From the NCBI GenBank assembly GCA_963833425.1, contig CAWHXP010000011.1, positions 64,001 through 128,000 on the forward strand: a DNA stretch of 64,000 nucleotides, in the 5' to 3' direction. Below are positions 11,236 to 21,928 of the stretch, in pieces (the stretch's first letter is position 1; every line of letters begins with the position of its first letter). This stretch comes from an uncultured Methanosarcinaceae archaeon. Lineage in GTDB: Archaea; Halobacteriota; Methanosarcinia; Methanosarcinales; Methanosarcinaceae. Below the pieces are notes generated by a model that did not search any database, was not told where the DNA came from, and worked only from the letters and a program-made list of their open reading frames with translations. The translations under genes and the position numbers were made by a program.

Positions 11236-12369
11236 ATGAATACAAAGGTTTCTATTGTCCGTTGCATTGATTATTCGAACGCAAAGGAAGCGATCAAAGA
11301 GTCGCTAAATCTGATAGGTGGTCTTGAGAAGATCATAGCTCCCGGAAACCGCGTATTGCTCAAACCCAATGTACTTGGTATAAGGCCTCCAGAGGATGCA
11401 GTCACAACTCATCCAGCAATAGTATCTGCAATGTGTGAACTGGTTTCAGAGGTGGGAGGTGTTCCACTTATAGGAGATGGGTCCGGAATTGTAAGCTCCG
11501 GATCTACTACCACTTCGCAGGCATTTAAGGTAACTGGAATTGAAGATGTGGCTTCCAGGTTCGGGGTAGAGTTGATCAATTTTGAGACATACGGTTATGT
11601 TGAGGTTGATAGTCCAGATCCCAGACAATTGCCACATTTATACATATCAAAAGCGATACTCGAGGCAGATGTAATAATTTCGCTTCCAAAGCTCAAGACC
11701 CATGAGCTCACGCTGTATACAGGAGCAGTAAAAAATTTCTTTGGTATCCTACCTCAAAAAAATAGGAAGCAGGCCCACTTTCTGGAAGATCGTGATCATT
11801 TTGGAGAGGTAGTCGCTGACATTTACTCTATTGTCAAGCCTCATCTTGCAGTCATGGATGGTGTAGTCGGGATGGAGGGGAATGGTCCATCGAATGGTAC
11901 GCCTATCTTTGTAGGTGTAATCATGGCAAGTTATGACTGTGTAGCCCTGGATATTGTGGCCTCTGAGCTAATAGGGATTGACCCTCTAAAAGTTCCCACA
12001 AACAGAGCTGCAATCTCAAGGGGATTTGGGACGGAGTGTCTGGAGATTGTTGGAATACCTTTGGCCGAAGTAAAAGTTAGGTTCAAAAGACCAGAAGGTG
12101 GTGTTACTGCCATGATACCATCTTTTCTGATGAGGATCCTTCGAAGGCAGTTAACTGTAAAGCCCTTTATCAACACCTCAAGTTGTACACTTTGCAAAAC
12201 ATGCATTTTGAATTGCTCGGCAAATGCCATTGAAGAAGTAGGCAGGTCTCTCAAAATAAATGAAAGAAAATGTATTCAGTGTTATTGTTGCCGCGAACTT
12301 TGCCCCAAAGATGCGGTAGGAATAAAGAAATCACTACTTCTAAAGCTGGTTACAAGAAATAAAAACTAA
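11236..12369 (+). CDS. DUF362 domain protein with C-terminal 2x[4Fe-4S] ferredoxin
   Basis: VLLKPN, TTHP, LPKLKTH, TGAVKNFFG and GMEGNGP motifs; CxxCxxCxxxC twice at the C-terminus. Confidence 0.9.
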   Translation: MNTKVSIVRCIDYSNAKEAIKESLNLIGGLEKIIAPGNRVLLKPNVLGIRPPEDAVTTHPAIVSAMCELVSEVGGVPLIGDGSGIVSSGSTTTSQAFKVTGIEDVASRFGVELINFETYGYVEVDSPDPRQLPHLYISKAILEADVIISLPKLKTHELTLYTGAVKNFFGILPQKNRKQAHFLEDRDHFGEVVADIYSIVKPHLAVMDGVVGMEGNGPSNGTPIFVGVIMASYDCVALDIVASELIGIDPLKVPTNRAAISRGFGTECLEIVGIPLAEVKVRFKRPEGGVTAMIPSFLMRILRRQLTVKPFINTSSCTLCKTCILNCSANAIEEVGRSLKINERKCIQCYCCRELCPKDAVGIKKSLLLKLVTRNKN

Positions 12370-12495
12370 CAAAAAATTTATCCCAAAATTAAGTCCTCTT
12401 CAGTGCTGTTAATCAAAAATTAATTATAAAAAATATAATTATTTGTCAAAAGTAATGTAGAGTGAAAGATTTAATTGAAAAATGGGGTCACTAAT

Positions 12496-13029
12496 ATGAG
12501 TACCTTAATATCTAATAGAGATAAAGTAACCTATCGCGAAATTGCTGATCATTACAACAGCAATAAACTACTATTTGGAATAAAGTATTTCAAAAACTGG
12601 ATTTTGGAACTACTTGCCTCAAATGTTCCTGTTCCTTCATGGAGAGCAAAACTGCATAGGATGAGGGGTGTAAATGTTGGGAAGAACGTATACATCGGTT
12701 ATAACGTAGTTTTTGACAGGTTACACCCTGAATTGATTACAGTAGGGGATTATGCTGAAATCGGTGATAGGTGCATATTATCTGCACATTCAAGGGGCAG
12801 CTTAACCACAAGACAGGCATATCCAAGAAGTATGGCTCCAATCATAATCGGTCGCGGGGTTTCTGTTAATCCAGGGTGTATAATTACTCAGGGAGTCAAA
12901 ATTGGAGAAAATTCAATAATAGGAATAGGGTCTGTAGTTAGCCGTGATATTTCTCCAAATAGTCTAGCTCTGGGCTACCCGGCAAAAGTTATTAAAAAAC
13001 TTGATTGTGTAGGGGAGCTTCAAACCTAA
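12496..13029 (+). CDS. Hexapeptide-repeat (left-handed beta-helix) acyltransferase
   Basis: GVNVGKNVYIG, VGDYAEIGDRC, ITQGVKIGENSIIGIGSVVSRDI and GYPAKVIK. Confidence 0.88.
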   Translation: MSTLISNRDKVTYREIADHYNSNKLLFGIKYFKNWILELLASNVPVPSWRAKLHRMRGVNVGKNVYIGYNVVFDRLHPELITVGDYAEIGDRCILSAHSRGSLTTRQAYPRSMAPIIIGRGVSVNPGCIITQGVKIGENSIIGIGSVVSRDISPNSLALGYPAKVIKKLDCVGELQT

Positions 13030-13086
13030 TTCTTCATATTTTTTTAATTATTTGTCGGATCTGTATTTGAATGCGATACCAAGTTG

Positions 13087-13941
13087 GGTTCCGTTGCAAA
13101 AAATCTTTTCTAAGGATACAATAGAATGAAAGAAAACCAAAGACAGTAATATGCTATCTAATTCCTTTAAATAAAAGCATTATGAAGGAGAAATTATCCT
13201 ATTGAATGTAAGATGGTACTTAAAATACCCATTGAGCTAAAGAAATTTAAATGAAATGATGATAGAAAGAGAAATTCAAATTGATCACAGTACTATAAAT
13301 GAGATGGATACATCAATATTCCCCTGAAATAGAAAAGAAGATAAGAAGACATTTAAGACCAACAAATGATTCGTGGAGAGTTGATGAAACCTATATCAAA
13401 GTAAAAGGTAAATGAAAATATCTTTACAGAGCAGTTGACTCAAATGGTGATACAATCAATTTCATGTTAACTGCAAAACGAAACTAAAAGCAGTGAAGAA
13501 ATTCTTCAAGAAAGCTTTGAGCTCTAATCAGAATCAAATTCCAAGAGCAATAACCTTTGATAAGAATCAAGTTTATCCTATTGTCATACACGAACTGAAA
13601 AATGATAAAATACTACCTAAAAACGTAGGCATTAGACAAATCAAGTATTTGAATAAAATTATAAAACAAGATCATAGATCTATAAAGCGAATCGTTAATC
13701 CAATGTTAGGATTTCAGTCTTTTCGCTCTGCAAGTAAGATTTTAAAAGGAATTGAAGCTATGAATATGGTTAAAAAAGGACAAATCAAGAATCCAAACTA
13801 CTCTGGTCTTAATGAAGCTAAATATACCAATCAATTATTTGGAATAGTTCTGTAATATTGATACATTTTCCTTGAATCTTTTGACTTTTATTTATTATTC
13901 ATATATTTACGTGCTTATTCTGCGATTTTTGCAACGGAACC
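13087..13941 (+). mobile_element. IS6-family element (855 bp) with inactivated transposase
   Basis: TIRs GGTTCCGTTGCAAA / TTTGCAACGGAACC; transposase motifs WRVDETYIKVKG and YRAVDS interrupted by stops and a frameshift. Confidence 0.95.
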
Positions 13942-14301
13942 CTATCGATGACGGTGCTTTATATGAATTAGTTTCAAATGTTCCAGGAACTCAATAAGCT
14001 TTATGAGCTCCATACGTTCTATGAGTCGTAGACCAGCTATGATTCTAATTTTAGATGGAACTTAGGTAATTGATAAATTTTATTACAAGAAATATATAAT
14101 GAAATTTTAAAAACGAAAACTTTTCCAATAAAAATATTAGCTCTGAATTCTGTTTTTTTGTGATAGAGTAAAGTGATACAGAGTGAATTAAATTTTAAAA
14201 ATTTTAAGATATATATAATAAGCACACAGTTGACTTTAAAGCTTGGATCTATTTTGGCACGATAATCTATTCCATAGTATGTGCTCTTATTTTAAAAAAT
14301 T

Positions 14302-14637
14302 TTATTGAGAGTCGTTTTGTAGTACATGTACCCCGGTTGTAAAGTTTTCTGTGGGTCCAAAGCGACGAAAACAACGAATAGTCGGCTTTTCGAACTCCTC
14401 TTTATACCCTGCATGACTAACTTGCTCGTTATATAGATTGCTCTCTGTCAGCTCCACTGCGATTTCCCTGACATACTCCTTATCCTTGTAGTCCATTTGA
14501 AAAATGATATCTGTTAGCCCCTCAACAATTGTCTTTCTTTCTTCACACTCTTCATAATAATCACTCTTTTTTAGATCAGGGTTATGTAACAGATAAAATA
14601 CCAGCTTTAGTAAGATCATCCTTATGTTCAAATACAC
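14302..14637 (-). CDS. Hypothetical protein, possibly the C-terminal remnant of the adjacent pseudogene
   Basis: 111-aa open frame directly downstream of the phosphoesterase remnant; no motif recognised. Confidence 0.3.
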   Translation of the reverse strand: MYLNIRMILLKLVFYLLHNPDLKKSDYYEECEERKTIVEGLTDIIFQMDYKDKEYVREIAVELTESNLYNEQVSHAGYKEEFEKPTIRCFRRFGPTENFTTGVHVLQNDSQ

Positions 14638-15582
14638 TGATCATGAATAAGTGACATTCCATCTGATAATATTGTTTTGTTCAATCTATGTCTTTTTTGA
14701 CCGACTGTGATCTTGTTTGTATCGGGTGGGTATATAACATCCTTGCTGACAACCTGATTAGTCTTCAAAGAGTATTCATACGTGAGAACCTGACCATCAT
14801 CATATACTTCGAATATTCGAGCACCTCTGAATGTATCACCATTTGAATTCAGGCAGCCGTCTTAACAGTTAAAAATTGATGTGTTATAAAATGATGTGTT
14901 ATTAATTGATGGGTTAATTTGGAGACAGCTGTTAATACCTTGATTATGTCCATTGATAACTGCTACAACATTTGGATGCGAATTTATGATGTCAATATAT
15001 TTCTTATTTTTTACAGCATGATACCCATCTTCGAATGGTTGGATTACCTGCGATACGTGAGTAAGCACGAAAACTCTTTTGTTAGCATATGTATTTAGAG
15101 CCCACTTCAGATAATCTGGATTTGCGATTTATAAGTTGTCACTGATGTTTAGGAACACAAACGTAAAATTGCCATTGGTTATCAATGAGTCTGTTGAATA
15201 ATTTAACACACTATAAAATATAAAATTGTTTAACCCTTCCCAGTTCCCTATCACATAGTAATATGGATTCAACAATTTACTGAAATAATTGTCTTGCAGC
15301 TTAATCATAAATAAAATGGCGTCAATTCTATCTTTAGGTTCAAATATATCACCATTGAAAAATGTGTAATTTAGCCCTGATGAGTTGTGCTCATTATTTG
15401 ACCACTAATTAAATTATTTAAATCTTCTTCCCATGAAGTTTCCCGTGGTTCCTCCGAATTATGCAGGTCGCTACCTACCGCAAATCTCATGACGATGTGA
15501 TTATTTTGTGCTGCTGTTCTGTTGTAGAATATAGTATAATTATAAAAATAACCCATAGTAAATATAGATATTTCAATTCCAT
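14628..15582 (-). pseudogene. Calcineurin-like metallophosphoesterase with N-terminal hydrophobic segment, disrupted
   Basis: Fragments across frames: RFAVGSDLH, NGDIFE, YYVIGNWE, VFVLTH, VVAVINGH; several stops and frameshifts. Confidence 0.65.
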
Positions 15583-15916
15583 TCCCCCATCTCTGAGTTT
15601 TACTGAATGCAGTGTTGAAATTAGCAACAAGTACTGTGAACGTTGATACTTTTTAATGAGCTTTATTATCCGGATTATATATTGTGCCATTCCCTGACAT
15701 TCCTATAAAATATCTAATTAGCGGTATTTACTGATGCATAATCTAATTTTACAATATTCTATAAAATAAAATAAATTTGTGTAAATAATTATTATAAGTT
15801 GGAACGGATCTTTTTATAACGGAACCGTTCATAATGCTACAAGTAAATTAGTAATTATATAGTTTTGTCATGCTTTATCTGTTCTTTGTATTTTGCAAAA
15901 TGATCCTTAAAAATGA

Positions 15917-17032
15917 TCATGGACTTCCCGATGTTTTAACCCAACCAAAACCTGCAAAGTATTTTTGGAAAATATCCGCCCTTAAAGCAAATATTCCATC
16001 ATTTGTCGCCATCGGAATAGATAACCAAGTTCCATTGGGGTCATTATAATAAGGCTCATTCCAAGCGACCCACGTAATATTAGCTGTGTTTAGAGTAGCT
16101 TCATAGGTTCCCCATGGATTTCGTAAAACAATATAATTCTGATTATTAGCAGACGCCCAGCCCAAAATCGAATATGAATGGTTAGCTACTAAATGTGCAC
16201 TGTTGTAATTTACATCAGGGGAAGGGGCTGTGCCATAAGTCCATGCGACCATCGGATTAAACGTTTTAGAACCAGTACTGTTTTCACGAACTGTTTTCCA
16301 TATATCATCGGCTGAAAGAGATGAGTTGGTTCTGTAATTGGGGGGTAAATTCGTGAGTGTAGCTAATGCTCTAACTGGGTCACCAAAAGCAATTTTCGTA
16401 ATATCTGGTTCATCACTCGCATCTTTAGTAGACCACTTAGCAAATGCCTTTTCATACAAAGCTGGCCAAAGTTCCCCATTTTCGCTAGAACGAGCATAGA
16501 TGAACAAATTGGAGGACATAGGTAGTAATGAAGTAATTTCGACTTTTTTACAAACTCCTCCATCATAAAAGTCAAACTCATAATAGACTTTACCCCCAAT
16601 ATAGGCGGACTTATCAGCAATCACGTAAGTGTCAGCCCATGCTAATGATGAAAGCGCTGCAATAAAGTAGCAGTCCGCTACTGCTCCTTGAATGGGGTCG
16701 GTAACCTCTGCACCATTTACAAAAAATTCACCTGCAGTATTCACCCATGTCATGTTATCCATAGCTTCAACATGTTCTTTAAGGGCACCTATTCCAGTGG
16801 ATACGTCAACTGGGTACGAAACGCTATTAGTTTTAGGGTCATATTTCATACCTGCATACAGTGGTGAGCCGTGTTTGGGGTCAAACATTTTTTCATAAGG
16901 CATTTTTAATGCTTGCTCTAATAGTTTATGTGGGTTTGCTATCCTTTCCCAATTGATTTTTTTCTTCAAAACCACTTCTGTCAAAGCATAGGGGTTAATA
17001 ACGCCAATGTTAATATTAGATGTTTCAGCCAT
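15917..17032 (-). CDS. Calpain-family (peptidase C2) cysteine protease
   Basis: QGAVADCYFIAAL (Cys), ELWPALYEKAFAK, NHSYSI (His), LRNPWG (Asn); GGAGG RBS; no obvious signal peptide. Confidence 0.92.
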   Translation of the reverse strand: MAETSNINIGVINPYALTEVVLKKKINWERIANPHKLLEQALKMPYEKMFDPKHGSPLYAGMKYDPKTNSVSYPVDVSTGIGALKEHVEAMDNMTWVNTAGEFFVNGAEVTDPIQGAVADCYFIAALSSLAWADTYVIADKSAYIGGKVYYEFDFYDGGVCKKVEITSLLPMSSNLFIYARSSENGELWPALYEKAFAKWSTKDASDEPDITKIAFGDPVRALATLTNLPPNYRTNSSLSADDIWKTVRENSTGSKTFNPMVAWTYGTAPSPDVNYNSAHLVANHSYSILGWASANNQNYIVLRNPWGTYEATLNTANITWVAWNEPYYNDPNGTWLSIPMATNDGIFALRADIFQKYFAGFGWVKTSGSP

Positions 17033-17095
17033 TTAATTCCTCCAAATCTTTTTAATTTACTATAATTAGGGAATGTTATGTTTTGTAAATTTAAA

Positions 17096-17293
17096 TCAAC
17101 CGACTTTAATCTCAGTTTCAACATTAGTTGAATATCCATCCAACATTCTCGGCACGATATCTTCTGGGTTCAGTTCAGTTTCTGGTACTTTCTTTCTTAC
17201 AAATACAATTATTACTTCGCTTCCATTCTTTTCTCCGATACCTACTCCAGTCACATTAGGAAGTAACTTCAAAAAACTTTCATATTTTCTCAT
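17096..17293 (-). CDS. Small protein resembling the N-terminal domain of Nal1-like serine proteases
   Basis: LLKLLPNVTGVGIG...IIVFVRKKVP...IVPRMLDGYSTNV. The GGAGGGG RBS suggests the start may lie ~18 nt further upstream at CTG. Confidence 0.7.
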   Translation of the reverse strand: MRKYESFLKLLPNVTGVGIGEKNGSEVIIVFVRKKVPETELNPEDIVPRMLDGYSTNVETEIKVG

Positions 17294-17432
17294 AATTGTT
17301 TCAATAGTCAGATATTTAACCCCTCCTTTAATTAGTTTAAGAGTTTTACTGTTGATGGATCAAAAAGTAATTCCATCAAAATTATTTTAGGTGAATCTTT
17401 CATTATTTCCTAAATTATTTTAAATAAATTGT

Positions 17433-17650
17433 ACAAAAAATGATTTCTGAATAAAATTTATTTTGTCATGATTCAACTATACAAAAAATAGTTTCTGAAT
17501 GAAATTCACTTTGTCATAAAATTCAACTAAACAAAAAAATAGTTTCTGAATGAAATTCACTTTGTCATAAAATTCAACTAAACAAAAAAAATAGTTTCCG
17601 AATGAAATTAATTTTGTCATAAAATTTAACTTTACAAAAAAATAGTTTCT
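17433..17650. repeat. Tandem array of four 48-52-bp units plus a partial fifth
   Basis: Unit ACAAAAAATAGTTTCTGAATGAAATTCACTTTGTCATAAAATTCAACTAA; copies start at ~17433, 17481, 17531, 17582 and 17634; no spacers. Confidence 0.92.
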
Positions 17651-17866
17651 AACAAAAAATTGTTCCACGGTCTCTGATTTGAAACTAGATAATCAATGTC
17701 TTGATTCCAGTATCAACAATACGGTATAGTAAATACCCTATTGAAAATTTATAATTCTAACAATTAATCAATTTGCTAGTGTTTTGCGATAGCCTAATTG
17801 CCTTTATGAGAAAAAATTCATTTGGAACATTTCATCCTGCTCCGCACACAGATACATACGATTTTT

Positions 17867-18721
17867 GGTTCCGTTGCAAAAAATTCAAAATAATCATATT
17901 AATCTATGAATAATAAATAAAAGTCAAAAGATTCAAGGAAAATGTATCAATATTACAGAACTATTCCAAATAATTGATTGGTATATTTAGCTTCATTAAG
18001 ACCAGAGTAGTTTGGATTCTTGATTTGTCCTTTTTTAACCATATTCATAGCTTCAATTCCTTTTAAAATCTTACTTGCAGAGCGAAAAGACTGAAATCCT
18101 AACATTGGATTAACGATTCGCTTTATAGATCTATGATCTTGTTCTATAATTTTATTCAAATACTTGATTTGTCTGATGCCTACGTTTTTAGGTAGTATTT
18201 TATCATTTTTCAGTTCGTGTATGACAATAGGATAAACTTGATTCTTATCAAAGGTTATTGCTCTTGGAATTTGATTCTGATTAGAGCTCAAAGCTTTCTT
18301 GAAGAATTTCTTCACTGCTTTTAGTTTCGTTTTGCAGTTAACATGAAATTGATTGTATCACCATTTGAGTCAACTGCTCTGTAAAGATATTTTCATTTAC
18401 CTTTTACTTTGATATAGGTTTCATCAACTCTCCACGAATCATTTGTTGGTCTTAAATGTCTTCTTATCTTCTTTTCTATTTCAGGGGAATATTGATGTAT
18501 CCATCTCATTTATAGTACTGTGATCAATTTGAATTTCTCTTTCTATCATCATTTCATTTAAATTTCTTTAGCTCAATGGGTATTTTAAGTACCATCTTAC
18601 ATTCAATAGGATAATTTCTCCTTCATAATGCTTTTATTTAAAGGAATTAGATAGCATATTACTGTCTTTGGTTTTCTTTCATTCTATTGTATCCTTAGAA
18701 AAGATTTTTTGCAACGGAACC
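17867..18721 (-). mobile_element. IS6-family element (855 bp) with inactivated transposase; inverted near-copy of 13087-13941
   Basis: Same TIRs and the same inactivating stops and frameshift as the first copy. Confidence 0.95.
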
Positions 18722-19157
18722 TAATTTATATGTATTAAAAAAAATCAAAGAGCATTTTAATGATATATAATACAATGACACATTCAAAAATATGTAGTAC
18801 AAAGGTACCGAAAACGACTTTGTAAATGATGCAAAAAAGAGAAGAGAAATCTTCAACTGCTTATTGGACTCTACTTTAATAATTGCGACAAAGGATACTA
18901 AACTAACAACTTATCCTGGATAAATACCCCAAAACTTATAAATCCTAAGTAACCTATTAATCGACAAAATCATTATCACTTGAATTTTTGTTTCAGTTTT
19001 CACTAAATTTATCAATCTAAAAGAATCAAACGACCTAAAAGGACTTACTTCTGTTTTCATATTAAGTAGAATTTCCAGAAAAATATTGTAAGACGAAACA
19101 GAAACAAACTTAAATAACTGGAATAAAAACAAAGAAAAATATTAAGAGGAAGCTAGT

Positions 19158-19352
19158 ATGGGAAATATAAGACAGACGAACATAAAAAGAATCGCATTTA
19201 GACTGATTGAAAATTACGGAGATGTTCTTACAAAGGATTTCGAAACCAACAAGACTCTTGTGACAAAGTATACAACCATTGAAAGTAAGATCATAAGAAA
19301 TAGGGTTGCAGGTTATGTTACAAGAAAAGTAGCACGCATGAAAATATACTGA
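19158..19352 (+). CDS. rps17e: 30S ribosomal protein S17e
   Basis: [11 protein letters not shown]...DFETNK...[20 protein letters not shown]. Confidence 0.96.
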   Translation: MGNIRQTNIKRIAFRLIENYGDVLTKDFETNKTLVTKYTTIESKIIRNRVAGYVTRKVARMKIY

Positions 19353-19388
19353 ACAGAAATTTATTTTGGACACAGGAGGATTTCTGAC

Positions 19389-20264
19389 ATGTTTGAAGGG
19401 ACAATGTCTGCTCTGATCACTCCTTTTAAAAAGAACGATAGGATTGACAGGGAAGGCTTACAGAGGAATATTACATTTGTTGAAGAGAGAGGAGTTGCAG
19501 GGATTGTACCTTGTGGTACGACCGGAGAGTCTGCGACACTTTCTGCACTCGAGCACGAAGAAGTGATCGACATCGCAGTGGAATGTTCAAATGTTCCTGT
19601 AATTGCAGGAACGGGCTCGAATAACACAGGAGAAGCTCTCCAGTTTACAAAACATGCTGAAGATGCGGGTGTTGATGCGGCACTTTTGATTTCTCCCTAC
19701 TACAACAAACCAAACTCTGCAGGGTTGCTGGTACATTTTAAGAAAATTGCAGAAGCAGTGGATATTCCTATAATCCTGTATAATGTTCCCTCTAGGACAG
19801 GGCAAGATGTGCCAGTAGAAGTAATTGCCGAACTTGCAAAGATCGAAAATATTGTTGGGATTAAGGAAGCCAGTGGAAACGTCGTCAAAGTTTCTCAGAT
19901 CCTGGAATATACTGCAGATGAAAATTTCGTTATTCTATCAGGTGACGATGGTTTGACTCTCCCAATTCTTTCTATAGGAGGCAGAGGAGTAATCTCTGTT
20001 GCTGCAAATATAATTCCTGACAGGATGTCCACAATGGTTAATGCAGCTCTCGCTGGAGACTACGAAACTGCAAGGAAAATTCATTTTGAGATTGCTCCGC
20101 TGATTCGTGCTCTTTTTCTGGAAACAAATCCTGTTCCTGTCAAAAAGGCTGCCGAACTTGTAGGACTTGCAAGCGGGCATTTGAGGCTCCCACTCGCACC
20201 CCTTAGCGAGAAAAATATCATAAAGCTTGTGGATGAACTTCGAAAATTGGAGATTATGGAATGA
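19389..20264 (+). CDS. dapA: 4-hydroxy-tetrahydrodipicolinate synthase
   Basis: GTTGES, PYYNKP, LYNVPSRTG, GIKEASG and TNPVPVK motifs. Confidence 0.97.
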   Translation: MFEGTMSALITPFKKNDRIDREGLQRNITFVEERGVAGIVPCGTTGESATLSALEHEEVIDIAVECSNVPVIAGTGSNNTGEALQFTKHAEDAGVDAALLISPYYNKPNSAGLLVHFKKIAEAVDIPIILYNVPSRTGQDVPVEVIAELAKIENIVGIKEASGNVVKVSQILEYTADENFVILSGDDGLTLPILSIGGRGVISVAANIIPDRMSTMVNAALAGDYETARKIHFEIAPLIRALFLETNPVPVKKAAELVGLASGHLRLPLAPLSEKNIIKLVDELRKLEIME

Positions 20265-21052
20265 TCAACGCAGCATTACTCGGAGCTTGTGGGAGAATGG
20301 GCTCCTTAATTGTAGAAACGATTACCCACTTTCCAGATATTAAGCTCGTTGCTGCCTTTGATATAAGCAACATTGGAAAGGATGTAGGGGGATTCACTCG
20401 TGTGGGTAATCTGGGAATCAAGATATCGGACGTAAGAGATCTTGAAACTGTTTTGAAAAAAAACCATGTTGATGTCCTTATTGACTTTACGGCCGCAATG
20501 GCGACTACAATAAACGCTCCAATAGCTGCCAGATGCGGAGTAAACCTTATAATAGGAACTACAGGCCTGACCACGGAACAGCGAGCAGTTATTGACAAAG
20601 CTATCAAGGAAAATCAGGTACGTGCGATTATTTCCCCCAATTATTCCATAGGTGTTAATGTTTTTTTTAAGATAATTAGGGAAGCCGCAAAGTATCTTGC
20701 AGATTACGATATCGAGATTATAGAAACTCATCATAACCAGAAAAAAGATGCTCCAAGCGGGACCGCACTTCGGGTGGCCGACGTTGTCAGTGAGGCTATT
20801 GGTGGAAAGGAGTATATCTATGGAAGGGAAGGAATATCTCCTCGAGGCAAGGAAATAGGCATTCATGCTGTCCGAGCTGGAGATATTACAGGAGATCACA
20901 CTGTCCTTTTTGCAGGTAACTCAGAAAGGATCGAAATTCGACACATTGCTCACTCCCCTCAGATTTTTGCCAAAGGCGCGGTTCGTGCAGCAGAATGGAT
21001 ATGTGAACAAAAACCTGGGATTTATTCTATGGATGATGTACTTTGTTTGTAA
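20261..21052 (+). CDS. dapB: 4-hydroxy-tetrahydrodipicolinate reductase
   Basis: GACGRMG, IDFT, GTTG and ETHHNQKKDAPSGTA motifs; ATGA overlap with dapA. Confidence 0.97.
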   Translation: MINAALLGACGRMGSLIVETITHFPDIKLVAAFDISNIGKDVGGFTRVGNLGIKISDVRDLETVLKKNHVDVLIDFTAAMATTINAPIAARCGVNLIIGTTGLTTEQRAVIDKAIKENQVRAIISPNYSIGVNVFFKIIREAAKYLADYDIEIIETHHNQKKDAPSGTALRVADVVSEAIGGKEYIYGREGISPRGKEIGIHAVRAGDITGDHTVLFAGNSERIEIRHIAHSPQIFAKGAVRAAEWICEQKPGIYSMDDVLCL

Positions 21053-21928
21053 AAATAGTTTGTATATAATTGAATAGGGCACAAATATGGCTCTTTACAT
21101 GGATTCTTAAATTTTTTTTGGCCCTTATCAATTTTTAAGGTCTAAATCAATTTTTTTTGTTTTTTTAGAATTTTTTAATCTCTTCTGGGCCTGCTAGAAT
21201 TTAAGTCAGTGTAGCAAACTTTTGGGGTAAATTGTCATTAATTACAAGCCATTGATTATGTTTTTCCAATTTGTTGTGCTTTAATCGTTAAATGTTTAGG
21301 GGATCTAAAAAGCAGATCAAATAAACCCTACTTTTATTGGGGTAGTTCTTGTTACTACTTCAGTTTTTAATCCAGTAATCGATACTTTGTTGTGATGTAT
21401 ATAATTGTAATTTTTTCGACTACTGCTCACCAGAACAATTGAAAAATATGCACATAGTACTGCTAATTTGCGACAGGATATTCCATCAAAAATAACTTCA
21501 CTTTGTTCATTGACTGCATGTTTTTCTATATTGGGTAAAATAATCCTATAATAATGTTATAGAGCTTTCTTTTTAAAGCTCTTTTATCGGCATAAAACAC
21601 GGCTTTAGATATATGATTTAGTGATATAAAAAATAAAATAAGGTAAAAATAAATGAAGTTTAAAAAGACAATGACTATTTTGTAGTAGCCTTCGTTGTAG
21701 CTTCATTGACTGCTATAGCAGTAAGTACAAACTAAGCTATAGCGACGGTAAAAGTAGCTCCAGTAACAGTGGACAAAGGTGTAGGATCCATACTGGAGGC
21801 AGATTCTACGTTTTACCACATTATTTCATATCTGTTTTCCAATTTCTGATACACTAACCAAATATAACATAATAGTAATTAATTTATACTTAATTGGCAT
21901 CAAAATAAACTAAATATATTTCTGTATC

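Noticed and set aside
17433..17650. Tandem array as a CRISPR array
   Set aside because: Units are contiguous with no unique spacers, and no cas genes are present in the window.
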